Origin: a bacterium | GTDB taxonomy: Bacteria; Bacillota_I; Bacilli_A; RF39; UBA660 | Reading direction: 5' to 3' | DNA: 64,000 bases | NCBI GenBank assembly: GCA_044432745.1 | Contig: JAWXUH010000001.1 | Coordinates: 28,540 to 92,539 of the forward strand | Part shown: in pieces, positions 18,733-29,517 of the stretch | Numbering within the stretch: position 1 is the stretch's first letter | Layout of the letters: the number at the start of each line of letters is the position of its first letter | Translations under genes and position numbers: made by a program | The notes under the pieces: model-generated | Database searches by the model: none | Told to the model about the DNA's origin: nothing | The model's input: only the letters and a program-made list of their open reading frames with translations

Positions 18733-19583
18733 AATATAATTTTATTTTCCATTACTAAATCTATATTTGTTTTATCTTTTACAGTTTTTTGAATATAGTA
18801 TATCAAATTCTTTATATCATCTGAACTTGCATTATCATAATTAATTATAAAATTAGCATGTTTAGCACTTACCATAGCTCCACCTATTTTATATTCTTTT
18901 AAATCACATTCTTCAATTAATTTACCAGCGTAATTACCTTCAGGGTTTCTAAACGTTGATCCAGCATTTTTATATTCAAGTGGTTGCGTTAATTTTCTTC
19001 TTTCGGTATAATCTTGGATTTCTTTAACTGTTTCCTCAACATTTCCTTTTTGTAAATTAAAAGTTGCTCCTAGTATTATTTCGTTACTAAAACTTGTTTT
19101 TCTATATTCGAAAATAAATTTAGATTTATCTGATGTTATTATTTCACCATCTTTTAGATATGTAATTGATAATAAATCTTCGCATATTTCTTTTCCATTT
19201 GCTCCAGCGTTTGATACTACTGCACCACCTACTGTAGCAGGAATTGAGCTACTCCAAGCAAAATTTGTGTATCCTTGTTTTATTACAGCATTGTTTAGTA
19301 CTGGTAACATTACACCAGCATCTACTGTTAATTTATTATTTTCTATTGCGATATTATTTAATTTTTTTAAACAAATTACTGCTCCATCAAAATCATTATC
19401 TGGGAATATAACATTTGATCCACATCCTAATATATAATACGGTATATTTTTGGATATAAAATCATTAATACCAAATTGTAATTCTTCTTTTGATGTAGGT
19501 GTGAAAAAATATTTAACATATCCACCTAAACCAAAAGTATTATGTTTTTTTAAATTTTCATTTTCACTTATATTTAGGTTCAT
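18717..19583 (-). CDS. murB: UDP-N-acetylenolpyruvoylglucosamine reductase.
   Basis: FAD-binding N-terminus NTFGLGGYVKYFF...YYILGCGSNVIF plus the MurB C-terminal domain. Confidence 0.85.
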   Translation of the reverse strand: MNLNISENENLKKHNTFGLGGYVKYFFTPTSKEELQFGINDFISKNIPYYILGCGSNVIFPDNDFDGAVICLKKLNNIAIENNKLTVDAGVMLPVLNNAVIKQGYTNFAWSSSIPATVGGAVVSNAGANGKEICEDLLSITYLKDGEIITSDKSKFIFEYRKTSFSNEIILGATFNLQKGNVEETVKEIQDYTERRKLTQPLEYKNAGSTFRNPEGNYAGKLIEECDLKEYKIGGAMVSAKHANFIINYDNASSDDIKNLIYYIQKTVKDKTNIDLVMENKIILWDKL

Positions 19584-19584
19584 A

Positions 19585-20670
19585 CTATTTTAACTTCTCC
19601 TTTATTTTATTGTATATTAATTCTGCTGAATCTATTTGTTTAGTATTTATTAATTTTTCTTTTATTTTATTGTAGTTTTCTTCTTTTAATAATTCATTTA
19701 TTTCTATTAATAATTTTTCAGCAGATACATTTTTCTCTTCTATCAACACTGATAATCCTTGATCTTTTAAATCTAAAGCATTGTAGTATTGATGATTATT
19801 TGCAACATATGGACTTGGTATTAATATACTAGGTAAATTAAGTGATAATATCTCACTTATCGTACTAGCTCCTGCTCTTGATATTACAATGTCTGCACTT
19901 TTCATAAGACCAGGCAAATTTTCTATAAATGGTTTAATTATTACATTTTTAGGAAATTTTTCATCTTTTATAAAAGATTCATAATGCGATTTTCCTGTTA
20001 TATATACAACTTCATAATCTTCGTTTTCTATTAATTTTAAAAAGACTTTAAACTTATCATTTATAGTTTGACTTCCAAGTGATCCAGATACTATAAGTAT
20101 TAATTTTTTATTCTTACTTAATCCTAAAGATTCTTTCTTGATTTCTTTTGCATCATTTGCACTTGATGAACATGGATTACCTGAATAGAATACATCTTTT
20201 GCTTCTTTAAAATGTTCTTTTGTATTTTCAAATGATACACCTATTAAATCAACATCCTTTGATAACCACGAATTTGATTTACCAGGTATACTATTTTGTT
20301 CATGTAAAAACGTTGTTACACCACATTTTTTTGCAGCATTAATAACAGGATATATTACATAACCACCTGTTCCTATTACTATATCTGGTTTAAATTCATT
20401 TATTAATTGAACACATCTATCTTGTGCTTTTTTTATCAAAAATATATTTTTGATATTACGTATCATTTTAGTTTTATGTACTCCGTATATTTCAATTTCT
20501 TCATACCTTAAACCACGTGCTTTTACAATTTCTTTTTCCATTCTATTGTGTGTTCCCACGTATATAACATCCACTTTTTTTTCTTTTTTATAAAATTCAT
20601 CTAATATAGCCAACGCTGGGTATATATGTCCCCCAGTACCACCTGCACTAATAATAATTTTCATTTTCAA
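19585..20670 (-). CDS. murG: UDP-N-acetylglucosamine--N-acetylmuramyl-(pentapeptide) pyrophosphoryl-undecaprenol N-acetylglucosamine transferase.
   Basis: N-terminal ISAGGTGGHIYPALAI, the GT28 signature. Confidence 0.85.
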   Translation of the reverse strand: MKMKIIISAGGTGGHIYPALAILDEFYKKEKKVDVIYVGTHNRMEKEIVKARGLRYEEIEIYGVHKTKMIRNIKNIFLIKKAQDRCVQLINEFKPDIVIGTGGYVIYPVINAAKKCGVTTFLHEQNSIPGKSNSWLSKDVDLIGVSFENTKEHFKEAKDVFYSGNPCSSSANDAKEIKKESLGLSKNKKLILIVSGSLGSQTINDKFKVFLKLIENEDYEVVYITGKSHYESFIKDEKFPKNVIIKPFIENLPGLMKSADIVISRAGASTISEILSLNLPSILIPSPYVANNHQYYNALDLKDQGLSVLIEEKNVSAEKLLIEINELLKEENYNKIKEKLINTKQIDSAELIYNKIKEKLK

Positions 20671-20821
20671 TCACCTTATTAATAAGTATATAATATTTTT
20701 TATTTTTTTTATATATATTTACGTATTTTTTACTAATATTATACATTTTTTAAATTATTTTGAAATATTTTTTATTATATATATTTATACTATGATATAG
20801 TATATTTATTAAGGAGTAAAA

Positions 20822-21934
20822 ATGAAAAAGAAAGTTAAGTTAAAATTAAAATATAAAATATGTTTAATTATTATGATTATTTCTCTTATAGGAGGAGTAT
20901 ACTTATATATGAGTAAATCGAGTAATCAAACTAATTCATATTATAGTCAAGATGTAAAAGACATTTTTGCTGAGTATGACATAAACAAAAGTTTAGATGA
21001 TATTAAATATTCTAAAACTATAGAGGAGATGATATTAAATAATCTTTTTATTGAAAAATACTTAGATGAATATGTATCAATTGATTTTATAGAAAATGAA
21101 GTTTTTTTGGAAGATGTTAATTTATTTTTAGAACTTGGATATAACGCAGAGGAAATAAATTCTATATTAATTTTATCAAGTTTAAATCAAGAAAAATTAA
21201 AAAATATAGATTATACTAATTTAAAAGATTTTGTAGAATTTACAAATTTTAACGTTAGTAATATTGATAGATACAATGAGTTTTATGATAATACTAAATA
21301 TGATTGGGATGAAGTTATAACTTATGTAAATATTAATTTAGATTTGGATTTTTATGAAATTACAGAAGTATCTCTTGATCCTTCTAACATAAATGTTTTA
21401 GTTAATAAATATAACGCACTTCCTTCAGATTATGTACCAAGTGGTATGACTTCTTTATCTAAACATTCTAGTTATAAAATGGTTAAAGAAGCAGCTAAAG
21501 CAGCTGACTCTTTACTTGCTGCAGCTTTGAAAGATGGTTTTGAATTTATACCATTTTCTACTTATAGAAGTTATACATATCAAGAAACTTTATTTAATAA
21601 TTATTCTGCCAGAGATGGCTTAGAAGCAGCGCTTACTTATAGCGCTAAACCTGGTCACTCAGAACATCAAACTGGTCTTGCAATAGATATTTATAATCCA
21701 GATCATTTCTATTATACTAATGAACGTATGGGAGATGAAGATTATGCTTGGGTTTTAAAAAATGCACACAAATACGGATATATTGTTAGATATCCTGCAG
21801 ATAGTGAAGATATAACTGGTTATATTGAAGAACCTTGGCATTTAAGATATTTAGGTGTTGAACTTGCCACTAGTGTTATAGAATCTGGTTTAACTTATGA
21901 TGAATATTATGATTTATATTTAACTGAATATTAA
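20822..21934 (+). CDS. D-alanyl-D-alanine carboxypeptidase, M15B/VanY family, membrane-anchored.
   Basis: N-terminal TM helix. The C-terminal domain has SEHQTGLAIDI and WHLRY, the VanY-type Zn-binding motifs. Confidence 0.7.
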   Translation: MKKKVKLKLKYKICLIIMIISLIGGVYLYMSKSSNQTNSYYSQDVKDIFAEYDINKSLDDIKYSKTIEEMILNNLFIEKYLDEYVSIDFIENEVFLEDVNLFLELGYNAEEINSILILSSLNQEKLKNIDYTNLKDFVEFTNFNVSNIDRYNEFYDNTKYDWDEVITYVNINLDLDFYEITEVSLDPSNINVLVNKYNALPSDYVPSGMTSLSKHSSYKMVKEAAKAADSLLAAALKDGFEFIPFSTYRSYTYQETLFNNYSARDGLEAALTYSAKPGHSEHQTGLAIDIYNPDHFYYTNERMGDEDYAWVLKNAHKYGYIVRYPADSEDITGYIEEPWHLRYLGVELATSVIESGLTYDEYYDLYLTEY

Positions 21935-21966
21935 AAAAAATAAGCATACAATTGCTTATTTTTTTA

Positions 21967-22200
21967 TTATATATTTTTATTTTCGATTTCTGTAAATCTA
22001 TATGTATCTAATATATCTGGATATTTTTCCTTATCAACTTGTGACGCAAATTCAGTATATTTTCTAGTCCAAATTTGTTTATCTTTAATATTTTGATAAA
22101 CCACTATATCTTCTAACGTATCTACATCTTTTGCAATTAATAATACTTCATAAACTCCACCTTTAAAGTGTCGGTATAAACTATTTATTTTTAGATTCAT
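21967..22200 (-). CDS. DUF1653 family protein.
   Basis: 77 aa with YRHFKGGVYEVLLIAKDVDTLEDIVVYQ. Confidence 0.5.
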   Translation of the reverse strand: MNLKINSLYRHFKGGVYEVLLIAKDVDTLEDIVVYQNIKDKQIWTRKYTEFASQVDKEKYPDILDTYRFTEIENKNI

Positions 22201-24346
22201 TTTCTTTATTGTCTTCTTGAACCGGTTTAGGTAAACATTCTTTTACAGATAAATTTAATCTACCTCTGTTATCGTATCCTAAAGATTTAACTTTAATAAT
22301 ATCTCCTAATTTAACAACATCACTAGTTTTTTCAACTCTTTCATGTGCTAGTTGTGATACGTGAACTAAACCTTCACAGTTTGGCCATAAACTTACAAAA
22401 CATCCAAAGTCTTCTACTTTTACAACTTTAGCTTCGTAAATTTCACCAGTTTCAACAACTTTAACTACATCTAAAATTGCTTCTTTAGTTCTTCTTATTA
22501 CGTTATCATCTGTATGATATATAATTACTCTTCCATCATCTTCTAGATCAACTTTAACTGCGTTTTTATCATTTACAGCTTTAACATCTGATGCTTCTAA
22601 AATGATCTTAGTAATCATTTCTCCACCACGTCCAATTACATCTTTGATTTTTTCTGGATCAATAGTAAATGTAATAACTTTTGGTGCATATTTACTTAAT
22701 TCTTCTCTTGGTTCACTAATAACTTCTTCCATTACTTCTAAGATTTCAAATCTAGCTTTTTTAGCTTGAGTTAACGCTTCATTAAGTATTTCTTTAGTTA
22801 CACCTTTAATTTTGATATCCATTTGTAATGCAGTAATACCTTCTTTTGTTCCTGCTACTTTAAAGTCCATATCACCCATATGATCTTCTAAACCTTGAAT
22901 ATCAGTAAGAATTGTGTATTTATCTTCATTTTGGATTAATCCCATTGCTATACCAGCTACTGGTGCTTTAATTGGTACTCCAGCTGCCATTAAACTTAAA
23001 CAACCAGCACAAATTGTTGCTTGTGATGATGATCCATTTGATTCTAATACTTCAGATACAACTCTTATTGTATATGGAAATTCATCTTCAGATGGAATAA
23101 CTTCTAATAATGCTCTTTCTCCTAAAGCTCCATGTCCTATTTCTCTTCTTCCTGGTGACATATATCTTCCAGTTTCTCCTACACAATATTGTGGGAAATT
23201 ATAATGTAACATGAATCTTTTTGTTTCTTCTAATCCAAGTCCATCTAATATTTGATGTTCTCCTAAAGCACCTAATGTTGTAGTTGCTAGTACTTGTGTT
23301 TCTCCTCTTTGGAATAAACCAGAACCATGAGTACGTGGTAGTAAATCAATGTATGCTTCTAAATTTCTTATTTCATCCATTTTTCTTCCATCTGGTCTTA
23401 TTTTTTCATCAGTAATTAAATATCTTACTAAATCAGATTCTAATTGATGTACTGCTTTAGATGTATGTTTTAATAAGTCATCTTTATTTTCTCTTTCAGC
23501 ATATTCTTCAGTAAAATGCGCTATACACTCTTCTTTTACTAAATCAATTTGTTCATATTTTTCTAATTTATCTTTTATTTGAATAGCGTTTAACATTTTT
23601 TCTTTTGAATATGTATATACATTTTCTAGTACTTCACTATCTATATCAAATATAGTTAATTCTACTTTTTCTTTTCCTACTTCTTTGATTATTTGTTCTT
23701 GAAATTCACATAATTTTTGTACGTTTTCGTGAGCTAACATTAAAGCATTTAACATTGTATCTTCACTAAGTTCACTTGCTCCTGCTTCAACCATATTTAT
23801 AGCATCTTTTGTTCCTGCTACAGTAAGTGATAATGTACTTCTTTCAGCATCTTCAGCTGCTGGATTAACTACTAACTTATCATCTATTCTTCCAACTACA
23901 ACGCCTGATACTGGTCCATCAAATGGTATATCTGATATTCCTAAACATAATGATGTTCCAAATAATGCTGCCATTTCTGGTGATGCATCTTTTTCTACTG
24001 ATAATACTGTATTTATTACTTGTATTTCATTTCTTAAATTTTCATTAAACATTGGTCTAATTGGTCTATCAATTAATCTTCCTGCAAGTGTTGCAGCTTC
24101 ACTTGGTCTACCTTCTCTTTTAATAAATCCACCTGGAATTTTACCAACTGAATATAATTTCTCTTGATATATTACTTGTAGTGGAAAAAAGTCTTGAGTT
24201 ACTGGTTTTTTACCCATTACACATACAGATAATACAACAGTTTCTCCAAATCTTACTAATACTGCTCCATTACTTTGTTTTGCTAACTGACCTGTTTCTA
24301 CTATAATTTCTTTTCCTAAGAAATCTAATTTGAATTCTTTTTTCAT
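22181..24346 (-). CDS. pnp: Polyribonucleotide nucleotidyltransferase (PNPase).
   Basis: 721 aa with two RNase PH domains, KH and S1. Located downstream of rpsO. Confidence 0.9.
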   Translation of the reverse strand: MKKEFKLDFLGKEIIVETGQLAKQSNGAVLVRFGETVVLSVCVMGKKPVTQDFFPLQVIYQEKLYSVGKIPGGFIKREGRPSEAATLAGRLIDRPIRPMFNENLRNEIQVINTVLSVEKDASPEMAALFGTSLCLGISDIPFDGPVSGVVVGRIDDKLVVNPAAEDAERSTLSLTVAGTKDAINMVEAGASELSEDTMLNALMLAHENVQKLCEFQEQIIKEVGKEKVELTIFDIDSEVLENVYTYSKEKMLNAIQIKDKLEKYEQIDLVKEECIAHFTEEYAERENKDDLLKHTSKAVHQLESDLVRYLITDEKIRPDGRKMDEIRNLEAYIDLLPRTHGSGLFQRGETQVLATTTLGALGEHQILDGLGLEETKRFMLHYNFPQYCVGETGRYMSPGRREIGHGALGERALLEVIPSEDEFPYTIRVVSEVLESNGSSSQATICAGCLSLMAAGVPIKAPVAGIAMGLIQNEDKYTILTDIQGLEDHMGDMDFKVAGTKEGITALQMDIKIKGVTKEILNEALTQAKKARFEILEVMEEVISEPREELSKYAPKVITFTIDPEKIKDVIGRGGEMITKIILEASDVKAVNDKNAVKVDLEDDGRVIIYHTDDNVIRRTKEAILDVVKVVETGEIYEAKVVKVEDFGCFVSLWPNCEGLVHVSQLAHERVEKTSDVVKLGDIIKVKSLGYDNRGRLNLSVKECLPKPVQEDNKENESKNK

Positions 24347-24399
24347 TTATCTCCTTTATAATCGTTTTTTTGATTATCCTTTCTTTCGTCTTTATTTAT

Positions 24400-24428
24400 A
24401 TAAAAAAGACACAAAAACAATTGTGCCT
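24400..24428 (-). terminator. Hairpin plus T-tract terminator/attenuator between rpsO and pnp.
   Basis: On the minus strand GGCACAATTGTTTTTGTGTC is followed by TTTTTT and overlaps the rpsO stop. This sits where the known rpsO-pnp intercistronic hairpin lies. Confidence 0.4.
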
Positions 24429-24696
24429 ATTTTCTTAAATTTAATTTTTTAATTACTTCTCTGTAACTAACAACATCATTTGCTTTTAAATAAGCAAGTA
24501 ATCTTCTTCTTCTACCAACTTTCATTAATAATCCTCTTTTAGTATGAAAATCATGAATGTGAGTTTTTAAGTGTTCAGTTAATATATTAATTTCTTTTGT
24601 TAAGATTGCAATTTGTACTTCCGCAGATCCTACGTCTTTACCATTCTTAGCAAATTCTTTAATTATTTCACTTTTAACTTCTTTTGTTAAAGCCAT
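24427..24696 (-). CDS. rpsO: 30S ribosomal protein S15.
   Basis: 89 aa with [35 protein letters not shown]. Confidence 0.9.
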   Translation of the reverse strand: MALTKEVKSEIIKEFAKNGKDVGSAEVQIAILTKEINILTEHLKTHIHDFHTKRGLLMKVGRRRRLLAYLKANDVVSYREVIKKLNLRK

Positions 24697-24857
24697 AATT
24701 TATTTCTCCCTTCATTTAATAAATCCGTTTAAACTGAGTAACATTTCGGAAGAGAAATAGAAACCAAGTAAAAACTTCTTTTATATTGTATTACATTTAT
24801 TTTGTAAAATCAACATAAATAACATTTTTTTGTAAAATTATACCTATTTAATCAAAA

Positions 24858-25325
24858 TTATTCATCATATGATGGACTCGTTTCATCATATTTTGCATAT
24901 ACTCTATTATTTTTATAGTAGATACATACTCTATCTTCTTCCATATTAAGTCCAGTTAGGTTATTTTGAATACAACTTTTTTGTACTGTTTCCATTACTC
25001 CTGTTGTTGTATTACGTTCCTCAACTTCACAAAGATCATTACCTATTACGTAATCTGATAAATCACTAAGTTTTTTTATAAAACCTTTTGCATCATCAAT
25101 ACAACTAGTAGTAGTATTTGATAATAATACGAGATTGTCTTGTCCCCATAATATCGCTCCACTTTCAATTATATCTATTTTAGAATCTAGTAAATTTGCA
25201 TTTATAGCTTTTCTGATTGCTATTACCCCTGTTCCTGCTATAGTTGATACAATAGATATTATTACTATTACTGCTAATAACTCTATTAATGTAAAACCTT
25301 TATTATTCCTTTTCATTCTTTCCAT
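24858..25325 (-). CDS. Solo type IV pilin/pseudopilin-like protein with a prepilin N-terminal cleavage/methylation motif.
   Basis: The N-terminus MERMKRNNKGFTLIELLAVIVIISIV is a class III signal (G/FTLIE). No other pilus or competence genes lie nearby. Confidence 0.6.
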   Translation of the reverse strand: MERMKRNNKGFTLIELLAVIVIISIVSTIAGTGVIAIRKAINANLLDSKIDIIESGAILWGQDNLVLLSNTTTSCIDDAKGFIKKLSDLSDYVIGNDLCEVEERNTTTGVMETVQKSCIQNNLTGLNMEEDRVCIYYKNNRVYAKYDETSPSYDE

Positions 25326-25328
25326 CCT

Positions 25329-25877
25329 TTATTTCATTAATTTTTTTAATGCTTCTTTAATTTGTATTGACTCTTCTTTATTTTGATCTATTGTAGATAA
25401 TACACTAGTTACTTCATTTTTATTATATCCTAATGATTGTAATGCTAAAAAAACATCGTCTTTTTTTACATTTTCTTCTAATGTTAATTTTCCTTTTAAA
25501 TCTAATATTATCTGCCTTGCTAGTTTATCTCCTACTTTAGGAAATTTTTTCAAATATGATATATCTTCGTTATTTATAGAATTTATTATATCTTGATTCG
25601 TTTCATTTGCAAAAAAATTAGATCCTACTTTTGGTCCTAAACCTTTTACTCCTATTAATTTAATAAATAAATTATAGTCTTCTTTACTATCAAATCCATA
25701 CAATAATGTTTCATTATCCGTAACGTGATTGTGTATATAAATTTTTTTATTTACTCCTATCTCATATTTATATGGATTGCTAAGAAAAATCTTATATCCT
25801 ATATTATTATTTTCTAAAATAATATTATTGTAATTTACTTCTACTACTGCTCCAATTATATAACTATACATAGACAC
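25329..25877 (-). CDS. ruvA: Holliday junction branch migration protein RuvA.
   Basis: 182 aa with HhH motifs LIGVKGLGPKVG and a C-terminal domain. No ruvB lies downstream in this window. Confidence 0.8.
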   Translation of the reverse strand: MSMYSYIIGAVVEVNYNNIILENNNIGYKIFLSNPYKYEIGVNKKIYIHNHVTDNETLLYGFDSKEDYNLFIKLIGVKGLGPKVGSNFFANETNQDIINSINNEDISYLKKFPKVGDKLARQIILDLKGKLTLEENVKKDDVFLALQSLGYNKNEVTSVLSTIDQNKEESIQIKEALKKLMK

Positions 25878-25961
25878 CCCTTAAAAATAGTTTATCAATT
25901 TTTTTTATATTATTCAATAGACTATTATAAAAAAAATAAAAAAATAGTAAAGTTACTATTT

Positions 25962-26162
25962 TTATTTCATATGGTTCATTTGATTCATGATTTGTTTAAC
26001 TTGTTTTTGACTAGGTTTCCTTCCCATTCCACTCATCATAGCTTCAATCATTTTTTCATTGATTGGCGGATTTTTTTCTAATTGTTTTTTCATTATTGTT
26101 CTTGCTAGAAAAAAACCTAATATTAATCCTATTACTAATCCTAGTAATATATTTCCTATCAT
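25962..26162 (-). CDS. UPF0154 (YneF-like) small membrane protein.
   Basis: 66 aa with LLGLVIGLILGFFLAR...NPPINEKMIEAMMSGMGRKPS. Confidence 0.5.
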   Translation of the reverse strand: MIGNILLGLVIGLILGFFLARTIMKKQLEKNPPINEKMIEAMMSGMGRKPSQKQVKQIMNQMNHMK

Positions 26163-26263
26163 ATTTATCGCTCCTTTAGTTAATTTTACTATAAATGACC
26201 TCTTTTAACAACTAATAATTTGCTTTTTTATTTTTTTTTAGTATAATAGTAATTGTGAGATTT

Positions 26264-26815
26264 ATGAAATTACCTAAAATTAAAATATTAAATGAAAAAA
26301 ATAAATTATTGAGACAAAGAAGTGCCGAAGTGACATTTCCTTTGTCTGATGATGATAAAAAAAGTATTGAAGACTTATTAATATATTTAAAAATGAGTCA
26401 AGATGAAAAGTATATTGAAAAATACGATCTTAGAGCTGGAATGGGAATGGCTTTTGTTCAAATTGGTAAACTTAAAAGAATTTTTGTAATTGCTAGTGAG
26501 AATGAAGATGGTTCTTTTGAAGAGCATGTTATTATTAATCCTAAAATTACTTCAACTAGTAAAGAACTTGTTTATGTTTCTGAAGGTGAAGGATGCCTAA
26601 GTGTTGAAAGACCTGTTGATGGTATTGTTCCTAGATATGCAAGAATTAACTTAGATTATAATGATATTGATGGTAATATACATAGTATCAGAGTTAGAGA
26701 AGATATATCAATTGCTTTTCAACATGAAATTGATCATCTTAATGGACTATTATTTGTAGATAAAATAGATAAGAAAAATCCTTATAAAAATAAGGATAAT
26801 ATGAGAGAAATTTAA
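26264..26815 (+). CDS. def: Peptide deformylase.
   Basis: Motifs GMGMAFVQIG, EGCLSV and QHEIDHLNG. The ORF track start at 26255 is GTG. The ATG at 26264 is used instead. Confidence 0.8.
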   Translation: MKLPKIKILNEKNKLLRQRSAEVTFPLSDDDKKSIEDLLIYLKMSQDEKYIEKYDLRAGMGMAFVQIGKLKRIFVIASENEDGSFEEHVIINPKITSTSKELVYVSEGEGCLSVERPVDGIVPRYARINLDYNDIDGNIHSIRVREDISIAFQHEIDHLNGLLFVDKIDKKNPYKNKDNMREI

Positions 26816-26824
26816 AAGTGATAT

Positions 26825-28582
26825 TTATTCACTTTTTTCTTTTTGATTAATTTTTAAAATCCATACAATAGCTATTAACGATACTCCTGTTAAAGATATG
26901 AAAATAAGAATGTTATCTCCCGTTGTTGGACTTGATAATATTAAGTCTTCAGTATAAGCTAAAGTGAATATAGAAAATTCATTTGTAGAAAAACTTAAAC
27001 TACCATCTTTCTCGTATTCTAGTTTTATTTTTTCAATAGTTTCATCATGATAAGAAATTATATAATATTCTCTTTCATAAGCTTCTTCATTATATTCTTC
27101 TGTATCTGGTATATATATATTGAATTTTATTTTTTCATCTAAGTTTGCTAAATAAACTGTTTCATTCGTAAATTCTGCATTTATTGATATATCAAAATGA
27201 GTTGATATATATAAATCGTCATATTTATCATATATTTCTTTTAAGTAATTTTCATCAATTTTCTGCTCTTCTATATTTAAAATACTTATATTTATATCAA
27301 TATTCTTTGAATTTATTATATTATTTAATAATGTATAATCTGATGCTATAGTTGATTTAAAATTATCAATCATACTATCATTTTTTTGATACGTTACTGT
27401 TATCTCTGTTATTTCGTTTGGAGCATTTTTTTCGTTAACATCTATATTTGCTAACGATGAATACGTTCCTGTACCTAAAATACTACCAGTATTATTTATA
27501 AATCCATTATTATTTATTACACCCTCATTTTGAAGCGTTCCTTTTAATGTTACTACTATATCTTCATTAATTATTACATATGCATTTTTTTCTATTGTAA
27601 TCTTTGAATTTTCTAATACTTCTATGTTTTCTGTTATTGTATATTGATTTTCACTTGCACAAAAAACAACTTCTTCTTCGGCTTTTAATTTATTAAATAC
27701 TTCCGGTATTTTACTTTCATTATATATTACAGAGGAATCTGTTACTTGATATACTATATCATCTTCTAAGTACTGACAATATGCTTTATCTGTTATATAG
27801 TGTGTACTTGTGGTAGGCATAAAATTTACTACCTTTGCTACTATATCATTACCAAATGTATTTTCAGATACTACTGTACTTTCATTTGTTATTTTACTTG
27901 TTTCTCCATCTTTTTTAGCATTTTGATTATATACCGAAATACCTGTAAATGCACTTATAGAATTATGTTCTATCAATGCAGATGTTTTTGTTTGTAATAA
28001 TATTCCCGCAGTATTTTTATTATATGTTTCATCAATTAGTACTGTTATATTATTATTTCTTATTTGACCTGTTTTGACATTTGTTAATTGCAAACCTAAT
28101 GCTGCATGTGATGGATCTACAGTTAATGCGTCTATATATGAATTAGTTATAGAAAATTCATCTGTATTATATACTACAATACCTGCACCAAAACCTTCTA
28201 TTTTTGTATTATTAATATTTACTTCTAGTATATTATTTGTACTATTTTTTTCACCTACTAGTAAACCAAAACTGTCTTTTGTAGCTTTTTCTATATTTAT
28301 TATATTTATATTATTTATTGATACATACTCTAACCCTGATTTTATAGTTAATCCATTTATACCATCTTTATCTATATATATATTTACTTCTCCATCTGTT
28401 GTTAAAGTGATATTCTTATCTATAACTACACTCTCTGTTATAAAATAATCACCTGGTATTATATATAATTCACTTCCTGGATCTACACCTTCTATTAAAT
28501 CATTTATATCTATTTGCTCGCACTCTACACTTAGAGGAAATATTAGTAATAATAATATTGTTATAATGTTGTATTTTTTCAT
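26825..28582 (-). CDS. Secreted, C-terminally membrane-anchored protein with right-handed parallel beta-helix repeats.
   Basis: N-terminal signal peptide MKKYNIITILLLLIFPLSVEC. Repeated N-x-I-x-N/G beta-helix rungs. C-terminal hydrophobic anchor ILIFISLTGVSLIAIVWIL followed by KINQKEKSE. Confidence 0.5.
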   Translation of the reverse strand: MKKYNIITILLLLIFPLSVECEQIDINDLIEGVDPGSELYIIPGDYFITESVVIDKNITLTTDGEVNIYIDKDGINGLTIKSGLEYVSINNINIINIEKATKDSFGLLVGEKNSTNNILEVNINNTKIEGFGAGIVVYNTDEFSITNSYIDALTVDPSHAALGLQLTNVKTGQIRNNNITVLIDETYNKNTAGILLQTKTSALIEHNSISAFTGISVYNQNAKKDGETSKITNESTVVSENTFGNDIVAKVVNFMPTTSTHYITDKAYCQYLEDDIVYQVTDSSVIYNESKIPEVFNKLKAEEEVVFCASENQYTITENIEVLENSKITIEKNAYVIINEDIVVTLKGTLQNEGVINNNGFINNTGSILGTGTYSSLANIDVNEKNAPNEITEITVTYQKNDSMIDNFKSTIASDYTLLNNIINSKNIDINISILNIEEQKIDENYLKEIYDKYDDLYISTHFDISINAEFTNETVYLANLDEKIKFNIYIPDTEEYNEEAYEREYYIISYHDETIEKIKLEYEKDGSLSFSTNEFSIFTLAYTEDLILSSPTTGDNILIFISLTGVSLIAIVWILKINQKEKSE

Positions 28583-28646
28583 TTAAAACTCCTTTTTTAA
28601 TTATTATGGAATAATAAAAAAAAAAGATACTATTATTTTATCTTTT

Positions 28647-29381
28647 TTATTCTAATTCTTTTAATATTCTCTCTAAATGTTGCTTGCAATTTATATATAC
28701 TCCAGTATAATTTGTATAATAATTTTTTAAAAATCTATTTATTATATTAGTATACTTATCTTCGATTTTTATAGTAGTTATCGTACTTATATTTATTTTA
28801 CTATACATATCTAGTAACTTTAATACTTTTATATCTATTAATACATTATCACCATTACAAGCACTACATGCTTTCTCACCTGTTACTATATCTAAATTTA
28901 TTGCTTTATCATTTCCGCAATTACTACATATAAATGGTTCAAATCCTACTCCTAGAAATTCTAAATACCTTATTTCTATTATATTACTTAGAACCTCTGG
29001 AGATAAACCATCTTCTAACTTTAATAGTGTATCTTTTAATATGTCATATATCTTTATTTCTTCTGTATTAATATATACTTGATATGATAAATCACATATA
29101 TATGTTAAATAACTTATTAACTTTAAATCATTTCTAGTATTCTTAAAATGATTTATTATATCTGCACTTATTAAAGTAGATGCTTTAGATTCTCTATATA
29201 AAATAGTAAAATATGCATATGTAAATTTTTGTGTTGTTGATCTTAATGGAGACTTTGGTCTCTTAGCACCATTTGCTATTACTCCTATTAATCCATATTC
29301 TTTTGTTAATATATTAAGTATTTTACTAGACTCTCTATAGGGAGTCTCACTTAATATAAAACCCTCAACACATATATGCAT
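28647..29381 (-). CDS. recO: DNA repair protein RecO.
   Basis: 244 aa. N-terminal OB fold and C-terminal Cys4 zinc motif CSNCG...CSAC. Confidence 0.8.
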   Translation of the reverse strand: MHICVEGFILSETPYRESSKILNILTKEYGLIGVIANGAKRPKSPLRSTTQKFTYAYFTILYRESKASTLISADIINHFKNTRNDLKLISYLTYICDLSYQVYINTEEIKIYDILKDTLLKLEDGLSPEVLSNIIEIRYLEFLGVGFEPFICSNCGNDKAINLDIVTGEKACSACNGDNVLIDIKVLKLLDMYSKINISTITTIKIEDKYTNIINRFLKNYYTNYTGVYINCKQHLERILKELE

Positions 29382-29382
29382 A

Positions 29383-29472
29383 CTAACCTTTCTTAGATAT
29401 TTTTTTATATTCTAAATAATCTGTTACCTTACCACTTTTTATAAATTTACTCCAAGCTTTGTTTTTATCCAT
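29383..29472 (-). CDS. YqzL-like 29-aa protein between era and recO.
   Basis: Not in the ORF track. GGTGA lies 5 nt before the ATG at 29470-29472. The peptide MDKNKAWSKFIKSGKVTDYLEYKKISKKG fits the YqzL pattern W..F..(T/S)G.(I/V)..YL.YK. The position is syntenic with Bacillus yqzL. Confidence 0.4.
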   Translation of the reverse strand: MDKNKAWSKFIKSGKVTDYLEYKKISKKG

Positions 29473-29517
29473 ATATATCACCTTCCATATATTTGTTATG
29501 ATATATATTTCTATTTT

